DNA from: Porphyridium purpureum
Taxonomy: Eukaryota
Direction of reading: 5' to 3'
DNA length: 64,000 bases
Assembly (NCBI GenBank): GCA_008690995.1
Contig: VRMN01000010.1
Span: 372,001-436,000, forward strand
A program made the translations under genes and the position numbers. Under the pieces are notes generated by a model. The model did no database searches. It saw nothing but the letters and a program-made list of their open reading frames with translations, and had not been told where the DNA came from. Shown here in pieces: positions 29,568 to 40,380 of this stretch (position 1 is the stretch's first letter; each line of letters begins with the position of its first letter).

Positions 29568-32423
29568 CTATATAAAGTGCTCTCCTGCGATCAGCAACTT
29601 GGGTTCCCGGCCCAGACGCACTGCGGCCTCAGTGAATGAGCTCCACCCGCTGCCCCAGATCTCTTTTGTCCTTGCCAGAAGGTATAAATCGGCAACGGCG
29701 TACCGCATGCACATTAGCGCTCTTGAATCGCAATCACGCTTGAGTGTGAATACGCGAGTGGAACCAAACTGCTCCTGAAGCTGCAGCGGAATGTCCTTGT
29801 CGTCTGCGGCCACAAAGAAAGTGGCGGCTGTATTCGTCTGCAGCTCGCTCTGGAGCTTCCTTGCAAATGCCTGGACTGACGCCTTGCTGCGCCACTCGTT
29901 CAAGACGCGTGTCTGCTCCTCGCCGTACTCGCGCACCGGGTCGACGCCTGGGATGTCGTGACTCAAGTCGCGGCTCCGGATGTGCATTCCGACCATGTTG
30001 GAAAAGTCCAGCTCATCAAATTGTGCCATGTAGGCCAGAACCGCGTCGTGAGGGCGCAGCGACTTGACCGCCTTGTTCTCATCTGTCCATCCGGCGTACC
30101 CAGACTCCATCACATAAGCACCTTTGAAATAGATCACGGAGCCCTTCCGGTTCACCACTTTTTTACCCTTGACCGCGCCATCGCCTTCCGCCTCCATGTA
30201 ATTGTAGCTCACCACTTTTTCCCACGCCTTGTCCCACTGCACCTCGTTCGTGAACGGCCACTTGGGCTTGAGGCTGCTGATGACTGCCACGTTGCTCATG
30301 TTGAACAGCAAGTCCATGCTCGTCTGCAGATGCGAGTCCGGCTCCCAAACCACTAATAACCCTCTTCGTGTCGCCTTGGCGAAAGCCATGCCGCTGCTCA
30401 GCGCCCGCATGCGGTTGCCGAGCCCATGCATCACGTGCATGATTAAGATACTTGGTTTGGCGTTCTTATTTTCGTTGTCATCATCGAGAGTCTTCATCTC
30501 TTCCTCATAGAGCATGAGCTCAGCGAGTAGCACCTCGCGCGCGTGGGTGCCCATGCACTGAATCACGCTCCAACCGAGACCATACTCATCATGCAATCGC
30601 CGGCCTAGTCCGAGATCCCACGCCTTCTTGGCGTCTTCCGCGCCGACAATGTCGCTCAGTCGTTGTGGGACGCGGTGCGACTTTAGCGTGAGATGAGGCC
30701 CGTTGCGTGAGACCACGTCGTACTCGCTTGGCTCAAATTTCTCGTCGTTCAAAAAGGCTGGTGTCCACTTGTCCAGCCCTTCGAGCATCAGACGGTTGTA
30801 GTCCACTTCGACTTCGACAAAACGCACGCCACTTTGCGACCGCGCCTTATCACCATGCTCCACGTGGTGCAGCGACCCGTACTTGATGTCTTGGCGCGCA
30901 TATCCCGCCTCCTCAAGCCGTGAGTAAAAGTCTTCATCGTCCCAACCGTACGTCTGGATTCTCTCATCGTAGCCCATCACCTTCCACACTGCGGCCTTGG
31001 GCGCAATCACCATACCATTCAGGTGCACCTCATTCTCGTTTTTCGCATTGCGCCAATTGCCCGAGTAAAACACGCGATCGTCCGCTTTGACAGCGTGCTT
31101 CTCTAGCAAGTCCGGTTCCAATTTGTAGTCGCAGTCCACCCGCAAAACAATGGGTCGTGTGACCAGCGACATGCCCAGATTAAATGCGCGACTGAGCACC
31201 CAATGCGGCTCATTCTCAACTCGCACAATATGCACGCGGGGGTCCTTCTCAACCAGCTTGCCGAGGACTTCCTCCAACGGCGGGTCAGACGACCAGTCCA
31301 CCACAATTATTTCGTCGACGCCCTGAACTTCGAGCCACGTGGGAAGCGATTGCAAGGCCACAGACTGTCTGTTCATGCACACCGCCACCAGCGAGGCTCC
31401 GGTTTTCGCAGTCTCGGCAGTTGCCAGCTGTCCAGTTTTCACCTTGCTTGCGCTTGGCGGAAGCCACGGAATCTGCGTTGTGCTTTCAGACCCTCGCAAC
31501 GCTGCAGAAGCAGCGGCACGAGAAGAAGCTCCTGCAGCTAATCCACCAGCGTCTGCCGCCATACCTGCACCTTGCTCCTTTCCGCTGATGACCGCTGGCG
31601 AATTCACTTGTTGTGCTTTCTCCGACATGGCATCAGATCTAGTGTTCACAGCGCCCGAAAACTCGGGCGCCTCGGTAAAGATGAAAAACATGGCAATAAA
31701 AATCAGTGAGATGTACATGAATTGCGGCAGAGCGGCCCACCAATTCCAAGGCGCCTTGGGAAGCGACGGCATCGCCAAAGTCGATGCACCTGAATTTGCA
31801 CCCAAACCGCTCCGAACGGCGCCTGCATTCATTCCCATGGTCCAGTCATTGTAACCGTACTGCTGCACAGACGCCTTTTGCTCCGATGCTGCTGATGCAG
31901 GCGCTCGACGTACGGGCATCAGTCCCGAGACGCTCAAGCTCGATGGCTGCAGCTGCTGCGGTGGCGGGATCTGCAATGACGGACCAGACATCATTGCGCG
32001 GCGCAGATTAACATCATGGTTGAGCCTTTGCTGCCGCTGCTGTTCATCATACAACATCTGTTGCGGACTGCGACCTTGCTGTGGGTATGCAGCTGCTGAC
32101 GAGTACACCTGGCTCTGCGGGTGAGGCTGTGCTTGCGCCTGAGCGCGAATATGCTGGAACAAGTCATCAGGCACTCTGCCCTGGGCTGGATATGCCTCGG
32201 ACGGCGCCATGGACGCGGATGCCGGATGTTGCGCGTGTGGGTACGCTTGGGTGTGCGATGCGCCCGGAAACGGCGAGCCGCGATATGAGCCGTCTAATCG
32301 ACCACCGGACCAAGCCGCACGCTGCGAGTGCTGTGCTTGAGGCTGAGGCGCCATTTGGGCATCCGCGTGATACAGAGCGCTTGCGCCCGCAGCCTGCGCT
32401 CGTCCAAACATCCGCGGATCCAT
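29568..32423 (-). CDS. Type II membrane two-domain glycosyltransferase (GT-A domain plus fucosyltransferase-like GT-B domain)
   Basis: TM FMYISLIFIAMFFIF; GT-A motifs IIVVDWSS, DCD and GYDERIQTYGWDDEDF; second domain HGLGNRM, VGMHIR, FFVAADD and ADLYLL..SSF. Confidence 0.85.
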   Translation of the reverse strand: MDPRMFGRAQAAGASALYHADAQMAPQPQAQHSQRAAWSGGRLDGSYRGSPFPGASHTQAYPHAQHPASASMAPSEAYPAQGRVPDDLFQHIRAQAQAQPHPQSQVYSSAAAYPQQGRSPQQMLYDEQQRQQRLNHDVNLRRAMMSGPSLQIPPPQQLQPSSLSVSGLMPVRRAPASAASEQKASVQQYGYNDWTMGMNAGAVRSGLGANSGASTLAMPSLPKAPWNWWAALPQFMYISLIFIAMFFIFTEAPEFSGAVNTRSDAMSEKAQQVNSPAVISGKEQGAGMAADAGGLAAGASSRAAASAALRGSESTTQIPWLPPSASKVKTGQLATAETAKTGASLVAVCMNRQSVALQSLPTWLEVQGVDEIIVVDWSSDPPLEEVLGKLVEKDPRVHIVRVENEPHWVLSRAFNLGMSLVTRPIVLRVDCDYKLEPDLLEKHAVKADDRVFYSGNWRNAKNENEVHLNGMVIAPKAAVWKVMGYDERIQTYGWDDEDFYSRLEEAGYARQDIKYGSLHHVEHGDKARSQSGVRFVEVEVDYNRLMLEGLDKWTPAFLNDEKFEPSEYDVVSRNGPHLTLKSHRVPQRLSDIVGAEDAKKAWDLGLGRRLHDEYGLGWSVIQCMGTHAREVLLAELMLYEEEMKTLDDDNENKNAKPSILIMHVMHGLGNRMRALSSGMAFAKATRRGLLVVWEPDSHLQTSMDLLFNMSNVAVISSLKPKWPFTNEVQWDKAWEKVVSYNYMEAEGDGAVKGKKVVNRKGSVIYFKGAYVMESGYAGWTDENKAVKSLRPHDAVLAYMAQFDELDFSNMVGMHIRSRDLSHDIPGVDPVREYGEEQTRVLNEWRSKASVQAFARKLQSELQTNTAATFFVAADDKDIPLQLQEQFGSTRVFTLKRDCDSRALMCMRYAVADLYLLARTKEIWGSGWSSFTEAAVRLGREPKLLIAGEHFI

Positions 32424-32767
32424 TCCACCCCGAACGCAGAACACTCAGACGCGCGGTCTCCCCCCTTGGCCCAGCTCACCCGCCAGCCCCGCCAGCACGA
32501 CCAAGCCAACCTTTCTTCCTCTTCGTCTCAATCACACACGCACTCAGGTCAACCATCCACCATCTGTACCAAGACCGTTCTTCCCTCCCCTTGACTCTTC
32601 CCGTTTTTCCTTGCGTTGAATCTTCTGCAGCGCCGTGTGTCTCCCTCGCTCGCTCGTCCCCTCTCACACACACACAGAGAAATATCACTGCTCGCAGAAC
32701 GCACACCTTCACCCGCACAAACGATGCGCGACTACCCATGCAGCGCGCGTTCAGTGGCCTTGTGCGC

Positions 32768-32770
<3 letters not shown>

Positions 32771-32809
<39 letters not shown>
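32771..32809. repeat. (CT)n microsatellite
   Basis: Direct reading. Confidence 0.9.
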
Positions 32810-32816
<7 letters not shown>

Positions 32817-33220
32817 GCCCACCTGTCTGAGCCTGCCCCCTCTCACACACGCAACTGTACCTCCACTTCTCTGCTTTCTCTCTCTCTCTCTCGCGTCCGG
32901 TCGCACATCAATTCCCGCTGTCACACTGTACCCCGGCCCGATTCCACACACGAACCGCACGCGCAGCCAACGCCTCGCGTTTGGCACGGGAAGAACAGAT
33001 AACAGCGCGCCAGAACTCCGAGCACAGGCGGTGTGGACACAAGCACACGGACCGCGCTCCCGCATCACAGCCGCACAGCTTGGAACATGACTGGCCGCAA
33101 TCACCCGAGACATCCGTCGTCTGCAACTTTGCAGGCCTCGCTTGTCTCCCGCACGCAACGATCCATTCATGCCAACCGACTCCCCGCCAACCCTGCATCC
33201 CTTATCGGCTCATACACAAC

Positions 33221-33260
33221 CCGATACGCCGATTAGCCGATTAGCCAATACGCCGATGCG
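33221..33260. repeat. Degenerate 8-bp tandem repeat CCGATACG/CCGATTAG x5
   Basis: Direct reading; similar to the 24725 array. Confidence 0.75.
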
Positions 33261-33537
33261 CCGCCAACATATCATCGCTTCTCGGCTCGCACCCACAAGC
33301 CGACAAGCCGATAAGTCGTTAAGGACTGTACCGTCCGGTGGATATGGTGAAAGGAGGTACAGTTTATCTCGGAGATCGTTTGTGTGTGTGCGTGCAAGTG
33401 ACGAGCGGGAGAAGAGCGGGGGAGAGAAGAGAAGAGAGGGAAGAGAGAGAAGACACGGACAGAGATGTGGTGGTGATGGTAGGTAGGTGAACGTATCGTT
33501 CGTGGTCTGCAGTGGCAAGGTACGCGTGGCAGCGAGA

Positions 33538-34611
33538 ATGATGTTTGTGTCGTCTGTGGCGGAATGGGCAGGTGGGAAGGCCTGCGCGCGGCGTGGAATC
33601 GAACGGGACGTGAGACGAGGTGATGTGGTAGACGTGAGAGATGCGGCAATCGCGGTGGGCACGGAGAGAAGAAGGAGGAGCAGGAGTAGATGCGTGGCTG
33701 TGTTTCAGAAAAGAGATCTCCACGCGGGTGAGCGGATGTCCTGCGTTGAAGGGTGCGATGCGGGCGGAACGAGTCGAAGACAAGTCGTCGTGAAGGGACT
33801 GGAGGGTTTGCTCGTCGCGGCGTTCGCGATGGGCTTGTCTAACAGCCCAGCGCTCGCGAATATTGGCGGAACAGAGCGCTGCGACGCGCTGCAAGTCGAT
33901 GCGGGGTGTGCATCGAATGGCGTGAAACTGCGTGATATCACCGTGTACCCCATCGCCCATTTTGATGCTGCGGCCGGCGCCGAAATCACAGACAAGGTCT
34001 TTCTGGATATTTCGTCGGTCGGTCGCGAGCTTGGCCGCATAGAAATCGGACTGTTCGGCAGGCTCGCGCCAAAAAGCGCGGCGGTTTTCCGCTCGATGTG
34101 CGAAGGCAAGTACGATCAGGGCAACGCGCCCCTCGGGTATGCAGGCAGTACCTTGTTTCGAGTCAATTTGAACGAAGCTCTGTATATGGGTCGGCTAGCA
34201 AAAGGCGCCGCAGTGCGCACAGAAAATTACATCGACAACACCGGGCGCGTGCGAGCGCGCAGGCTCAGTGCTGCCGATAGCACGCTCAATGGTGAGGAAG
34301 AATCTTTGCCTATTGACCAAGCGGGTCTCTTGCTCATGAAGAAAGGCGGCGGCACGTTCGAGTTTGTCATCAAGCCAGCACCCGGGTCTCCTAAATATCT
34401 GGTGGATGATTATTTGGTGGTGGGCCAGGTCACATCCGGCATGGATGTGATTGCGAGGCTCAACTTTTTGCCGGTGAACCAGCCAACGCCATATAAGGAC
34501 TCCTTTATCCTTGCGGGCAAACTGATCAAGGATAAGCGGGCCACAGCTGCTGCGGATGACGTTAACAAGCCACTGACCAAAACGGTGATTCGTGGAACAG
34601 GCTTAATCTAG
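33538..34611 (+). CDS. Cyclophilin-like protein, predicted thylakoid lumen
   Basis: ITDKVFLDISS..LGRIEIGLFG..APKS and VVGQVTSGMDVI. Transit-peptide-like MMFVSS, then a twin-Arg SRR, hydrophobic stretch and ALA cleavage site. Confidence 0.85.
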   Translation: MMFVSSVAEWAGGKACARRGIERDVRRGDVVDVRDAAIAVGTERRRRSRSRCVAVFQKRDLHAGERMSCVEGCDAGGTSRRQVVVKGLEGLLVAAFAMGLSNSPALANIGGTERCDALQVDAGCASNGVKLRDITVYPIAHFDAAAGAEITDKVFLDISSVGRELGRIEIGLFGRLAPKSAAVFRSMCEGKYDQGNAPLGYAGSTLFRVNLNEALYMGRLAKGAAVRTENYIDNTGRVRARRLSAADSTLNGEEESLPIDQAGLLLMKKGGGTFEFVIKPAPGSPKYLVDDYLVVGQVTSGMDVIARLNFLPVNQPTPYKDSFILAGKLIKDKRATAAADDVNKPLTKTVIRGTGLI

Positions 34612-34767
34612 GCAAACAAACGGAGGAAAACTTGAGACCTGCCGTGGTGCGGATGCTCACACCTCTCTGCGTTGCTTTCCCCATTTGACCCTCGTGCACA
34701 GGCTTTCAAGCCAACAAGAGAAAGCGTCCACTAAAACGTCTAGCCGTTTCTTACCGAATGGCGCTCG

Positions 34768-37287
34768 TCACTTTAACGCAGTTTGCAGACTGACCCGGTC
34801 CAAACGCGCGGCCAAGCTCGTACTTTGCTCGTGTAGAGCTGCGAGCGTCTCGCTGTGCTCGACCATGGCTTTGTGCAAGCGGCGCTGATCGTCCCATCGC
34901 ATTTCGAGCGTGCGGCGTTCACTACGTTGCGGCGTCAGATCCGCGCGACGCTTCTGCTCAGAAGCCTGGGACTTCACGGCCATGGACACTTGCTCTATCC
35001 TCTGCCTGAGCGCGTCCACGCTTCCCTTCTTGTCTCGTATCGTCGCTGCAAAGTCCGCATCGGCAGTTTCGGGACTCCCTCGAAGCCTGCGTACGCGCTC
35101 GGCCACCTGAACAAGCCGCACATCGAGCGCTCGCCGCTTAATCTGCAGTCTCTCTATTGCCATCGATGAGCGCTCCAAACCTATTTCTACATCTTCAACG
35201 TGCGCTCGCACCTGAGCTATCGCCTCCAGCTGGCGCTTCTCTACGTCCACGAGATATGCGGAGCGCTCTTCCAGCATCGTGTGCATTTCCCAGAAGGGCT
35301 TTGCGTGTGCATTTTGGACCTGCTCAAGCAGCAATTGCACGTACCCAAAAACCGCAGAGACAGTTTGCTTTTTCGACAGCGCGTGAGTGCCTGAGCCCCT
35401 CCCGAACAAAAGCCGCGGAATCGCCTCAATTTCTGCAAAGTGCTGTCGCACCCTAGCCTCAAACGCGCTCGCCGAGCCCGCTCGGGTATCGCTGCTTTGC
35501 ATGGTACCTTCCATATCCCTGCTCTGCGCCGTTGAGATGGCCGGATTTGCCTTGTCAATGATGCCCACCTGTGACGACAAGAACGCGCCTCGCAACGACT
35601 CGACGCCGACACGCCAGTCTTGTGATAGGTAGAGCGCAAAAAACTCATTCTGCAGGCATCCGAACGTGACGCCGCGGATCGGATTCGTCGGGTCCGCCAG
35701 CAGCAGCGGATGGATCTGCGATGGCGGTGATTGCAAAAGCTGGGAAGCGTCATCGCGCGCTAATGGTGCTAGCCAGTCCATGTTCAACACACACACGCCC
35801 GCATTGCTTCGCAGAAACGCTACACCGAGCGCCTTTACAAGCGAAGATGGGCACTCGATCTGAGCGCCTTGTGCAGGCGCAGCAATGGTCTCGAATAGAA
35901 TCAGCTCCGGAGCATAATCTGTCTCGATCCCCACATGTATCTCGTCATCAAAGTCTGCATGCCAGTGAGGACGGGGTGTTTCCGGACAGACAAGCAAGCG
36001 AACTTGTGTCGAGGTCTGATGACTCTCAAACAGAACCGGAGGACCCGGAGGATATTCCAATAGAGTTAACGACCGCGGACCACAGGACGACCGGGCTGTG
36101 GCCTGCGCTTGCTGCGATGTGATTTGAGACTGCTCTTCGCGCGGCACCGTTGCTTCGTTATGATTGCTGACTATTCTGCACGGCCCCTGAGGACAAGGGC
36201 GACATTGATTCAAACCAAAAGCGCGACAAACCACAATGTGAGAGGCATCATCCACCAGATGCTCTGCGAAATCAACCACTTCCTGTCCAAACGTTTCGGA
36301 CAGCCACTGCCACTGCAGATGCTCTTGCTGGGAACGAGACGAAGCATCAGCCGGGCGCGACGTGTCTGAAACGGCCGCAGGACGAAATGACGAAGACGCT
36401 GCTGCTCCAGCACCTTCAAAGCTTAATCTACGCACGTGGGGCTCGGGATGGGGAGGCTTTTCTAGCACACGAGCATGATGTTCTGGCGCAGCGTCCTGCA
36501 TGTGTTCCTTTGCGTCCAGAACAAGTGACACAACGAGATGCTTTGGCACTGTCATTCCATACGGTGCGACAGGGCACAAGACGTACAAGTTTCGCGCATG
36601 ATCAGTAAAGTACACGCTGAATGTGTCCCATCCTCGGCCGTACGCGCCTGTCACAAAGCCCGTCGGGCACGCGCTTCCTTCTCCCAGGCCGACACGAAAG
36701 CTCTGCTCCTCGTGAATGGTGCTCTTAGAGACATCGATGATCCAGAAGCGGGCGTCTGCGGTGAGCAACATGACATGACCATCGGACATGGGATGCCACG
36801 ACACTTGGGTGATCTCGCGGATCTGGACGTCCTGCTTGCCCAGAATTGTCTCCGCCAAAGTGCAACTTTTCAGCACAATGGTTGGCGGTTGCTGCACGTG
36901 TGCTGTCCGATTGTTTGACCTCTTCTGCGAATGCGCAAACGAGGCGCCCAAAAAGCGCGTCGTGTCCCACTGCACCAGCGCGATGCGCAGCCGATTGTAC
37001 AGGAGCAAAAGGCCGCCACCCGGGGACACACACAATGCGTCTGGCTGAAAATCCAGCGGCTGAGCCAGCGAGCATTCCCGCACGATGGACGGATCCTTGA
37101 GATCCACAGCGACGAGCTTCCCGCGCGCATCCAGCGCTAGCAGCACGCGGTCCCCGACCAACTCCACGCGCTGCTGGTGCATCCGCCCGCTCTCGTGCGC
37201 ACCTTCATGCACACCATCATTCAGCCCTTTCGCAGACGCGCCAAGCGCCGCGCTCAGACCACTCAACCCAGACACCCAGCCCTTCAT
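34768..37287 (-). CDS. Nucleoporin Nup88/Nup82-like
   Basis: Propeller-like N-terminus with QVSWHPMS..HVMLLTAD and LYVLCPVAP, followed by a C-terminal coiled coil. Confidence 0.75.
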   Translation of the reverse strand: MKGWVSGLSGLSAALGASAKGLNDGVHEGAHESGRMHQQRVELVGDRVLLALDARGKLVAVDLKDPSIVRECSLAQPLDFQPDALCVSPGGGLLLLYNRLRIALVQWDTTRFLGASFAHSQKRSNNRTAHVQQPPTIVLKSCTLAETILGKQDVQIREITQVSWHPMSDGHVMLLTADARFWIIDVSKSTIHEEQSFRVGLGEGSACPTGFVTGAYGRGWDTFSVYFTDHARNLYVLCPVAPYGMTVPKHLVVSLVLDAKEHMQDAAPEHHARVLEKPPHPEPHVRRLSFEGAGAAASSSFRPAAVSDTSRPADASSRSQQEHLQWQWLSETFGQEVVDFAEHLVDDASHIVVCRAFGLNQCRPCPQGPCRIVSNHNEATVPREEQSQITSQQAQATARSSCGPRSLTLLEYPPGPPVLFESHQTSTQVRLLVCPETPRPHWHADFDDEIHVGIETDYAPELILFETIAAPAQGAQIECPSSLVKALGVAFLRSNAGVCVLNMDWLAPLARDDASQLLQSPPSQIHPLLLADPTNPIRGVTFGCLQNEFFALYLSQDWRVGVESLRGAFLSSQVGIIDKANPAISTAQSRDMEGTMQSSDTRAGSASAFEARVRQHFAEIEAIPRLLFGRGSGTHALSKKQTVSAVFGYVQLLLEQVQNAHAKPFWEMHTMLEERSAYLVDVEKRQLEAIAQVRAHVEDVEIGLERSSMAIERLQIKRRALDVRLVQVAERVRRLRGSPETADADFAATIRDKKGSVDALRQRIEQVSMAVKSQASEQKRRADLTPQRSERRTLEMRWDDQRRLHKAMVEHSETLAALHEQSTSLAARLDRVSLQTALK

Positions 37288-38162
37288 CCTTCCGCGCTCT
37301 TCCCTCTTCCCTCCCTCCCCCTCCTCTTCTCCGTCTTCTCTCTCCTTGTCTCGCTCAACCCGGTCCAGCGCCGGGTCACCTCACTAAGACTTACTGTACC
37401 TTATACCGGGTCAGCACGTTCAACTTGTGTACAGTTCGGCAACTGTACCGCATAGTACAGTTCAGGCCCGCACGATGTCGAACTTTGGGTTGGCGGGTCA
37501 AAGGTATTGTGGTGAAGGGATGGACGGCTTGGTGCGGTCTGGCGTGCGGTCTGCGGAGCCAGCGCGCACACGGAGTCGCTCGCCGAGCTGATGTGACTCT
37601 ATTTCGAACGGCAGGTCTGGATTGGTGCAGTTCGGCACGACTGTGTTGGGTTGACGTTCAGTGGTACGACGGACGGCTACCAGGCGCGGTCACCAGAGTG
37701 TGAACGTGCCAAACGTCACTTGGCGATTGTTAAATGGGGTGAGAGCACGATAATTGCGGGAATGTCAGAGGGCAGATTGCGGCTGCTTCTATGGCGGCCG
37801 TTCGGGAACCCGTGCCAGACCGTTTCTCAAGCGCAGATTGCGATTCGTGTCGGCTTGCATTAAAGGCTAGCGTTCGACTCGCATGCCAAATTTTTGGCGT
37901 TGCTGGCGAGCGTCTGGTCCACAAGCTCCCGCCTGGCCACAAGATGACCCATTGGTGATAACGCAAATAATGTCAAACTGAACTTGTGTATGACGGCATG
38001 TAAAGATCCAATGCATTGGACGAGTTTAATCAGGCACACGTAGAACCACGAGAGTTCTTGCGTAGAACTAAAGAGTCAAGCGATGCTAGAAGGGATCATG
38101 GCAACAGCACAATCGAACCATGTCAGCCCAAGAGTCCAAATTCATTCGTATCTTTCTCCGCA

Positions 38163-38756
38163 TTACATTGGCAAGATCGCCACACAATCCGCGGACGCTC
38201 CGCAGCAGCAGAAGCGACGCAAGTTCATCCCCGAGGCGGCACACGTGGAAGTCATCGGTGCGTTCGGATACGCGCAGTTGCTAGACGTGGACGAGATCGA
38301 GGGGTTCGTCGTAGGATTGGACGAGACCACGTTGGCGCAAGACTGGTCAAACAAGGTCTCGGCCAAGAACATCATTTGTGAGGCTGTCTGGACTGCGTTA
38401 TTGCCGGCATCGTTGCACGGGGCTCCACTTGCCAAGCAGACTGCGTCGCACGACTGGCCCTCAAGGCCAAACTGCCATATTCCTGCAGGCGCGGGGAGCA
38501 ACCCCGTGCACTCGATGGGCGTGCAAAGCATGCCATCTGGCTTGTTGCACAGCGTCGAAAACTCGAGACATTCCAATGGCCCCGAATCGGACGCTACATA
38601 GAGTGCGACGCCGTCGTCCACGCACGGATCGCCCCTGGACATTGTCTCGGCGCACGGAATAAACTGAGCGTCCATCGCTCCGGCCACAAGCGCAAGCGCC
38701 ACGGCGACCACGGCCACATTTGCGGTGGCAAACCCAACCACACCCGTGCGCACCAT
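38163..38756 (-). CDS. Small secreted cysteine-rich protein
   Basis: Signal-peptide-like MVRTGVVG..VAVALALVAGAMDA and many Cys. A decayed paralog at about 62.3 kb supports it as a real gene. Confidence 0.8.
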   Translation of the reverse strand: MVRTGVVGFATANVAVVAVALALVAGAMDAQFIPCAETMSRGDPCVDDGVALYVASDSGPLECLEFSTLCNKPDGMLCTPIECTGLLPAPAGIWQFGLEGQSCDAVCLASGAPCNDAGNNAVQTASQMMFLAETLFDQSCANVVSSNPTTNPSISSTSSNCAYPNAPMTSTCAASGMNLRRFCCCGASADCVAILPM

Positions 38757-40380
38757 CTCGATTTCCCTGCACGTCCCGCAGGAACCACCACCATCTACCT
38801 TTACATTCCCTCCCCTTCTCGCCACGCTCCCACCGCCTCCAGTCCTTCACCAATCTTTTATACTCCCACGACTCAGACACGCGCCTTGGTCCACCATGTG
38901 CGCTTTGGCTGCGAGAGAAGCGCTGTGTGCGTCGCTATGCCAACGCGCGCGCTCTGCGACGCTCATTGTGTGTGTTGGTGGCACGCGTGTCCGTCCACCA
39001 GGTTTTTGCATCGCACAAGCTGGCGCACACCTATTCCTTCATCCATAGCACAAAACCCCACATCCAAATCTGTTGGCGCTTTCACATAAGCACGCACCCC
39101 GCGCGCACGCGCGCGTGTCCGTCGTGTGAGCAGCAACCGATGTCTCGGTGCTACCCTGCCGGTCCATGAAAACAAGCGCCATTTTCTACGACAGAATTGA
39201 GATCATCCTCACTTCCCTCTTCTTCCCCCTCCTCCTCCCACACTCGCTAGATAAATCAACAGCGTGACCGCGTAGAAAAGGGAACTTGTATCGAAAAAAA
39301 AGGCAAAAAATAAGAAGGAGAAGAAATAAACTGGGAATCTTCCAAATTGGACGCGCTGTACCTCTGCACAAGTTGGTGGGTGTTCTGGAGGTACAGCACA
39401 TGTACCTCTGAAGAAGGACGAGGGTCAGTGGCGCTAGTGGCAGAAGGGCTTTTCGTCCTGCGGGGCATGTGCACATGTCTGCGGAGGAATGCCCGGAATG
39501 TCTGGGTTGGGATGGGATGGTCGTTGCTCCGGCGACGTGGCGCGACGCAAAGACATGTAGTGATTCGGGCAGCTTCTGTGTTGGGTAGAGCGGGCTCGCG
39601 CGGTTTGCGGGCGCAGCGCGAATGGCATTGGGAGATGAGGCATGAATTGGCTGGCGTCGGGGTTGTACAACCGATTTGCATGGTCTGTGCGCTCTGACGA
39701 AAGTGCTGGCTGGAGCTTACACATTCAAGCACTTCTGCTTGTTTGATTTTCAAGGCAGTGACTTTCAAAACAAAAGTCTAGTGTGTCCCGACGAGCGCAA
39801 ATATGTGCGCGCGCACGTGACGCGTACGCGCTGTGCGATGAGTCTTGTCGGCTGTTGATGACGGTGCGATCCGCGTCGACGTCGGCTGGCGTTGGACTGA
39901 ACATGTCTTGCTTTATTCATCGTCGTCGGAAAATCGCGCGGATCCAGAAAGTCTGTAGCGTTTGTCAATCCAAGGTGGATCGCGAAGACAGGTTTGGACG
40001 GTGCCTCAGCAACTTCACATTCCAGTTGTGCGCCGCCTTGCGGTGATGTTCGACTTGGTGGGGCATCTCGAAGGTGCTTGCCGCATCAGCCACGATTCAT
40101 GGCTTTCCGAGCCACTCTCGAATGAGTGGGTCTACAGCCCGGGATCATGTGGGTCTGTTTTCTCTTTCTCGTAGCATCCCATAATAATTCAATTGCGCCG
40201 GGCGCGGTGGCAGTGCCTTTTGCAATTAACACGAGCTCTTCAGACGAAATGGGTCTCTCCTGAGGGTTTATTTAACAGCGCAAACAGTTCACATGGCCGG
40301 CATAACATTAAACTGCTAGACTAATGAGAGTGCTTTGCTTGCACCGGCGATCAGGACTGATCCACCCTGTCGGAATCGCA

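Noticed and set aside
33274..33290. ATCGCTTCTCGGC, identical to the 5' end of metazoan U2 snRNA
   Set aside because: The match stops after 13 nt; the branch-point-pairing GTGTAGTA and the Sm site do not follow.
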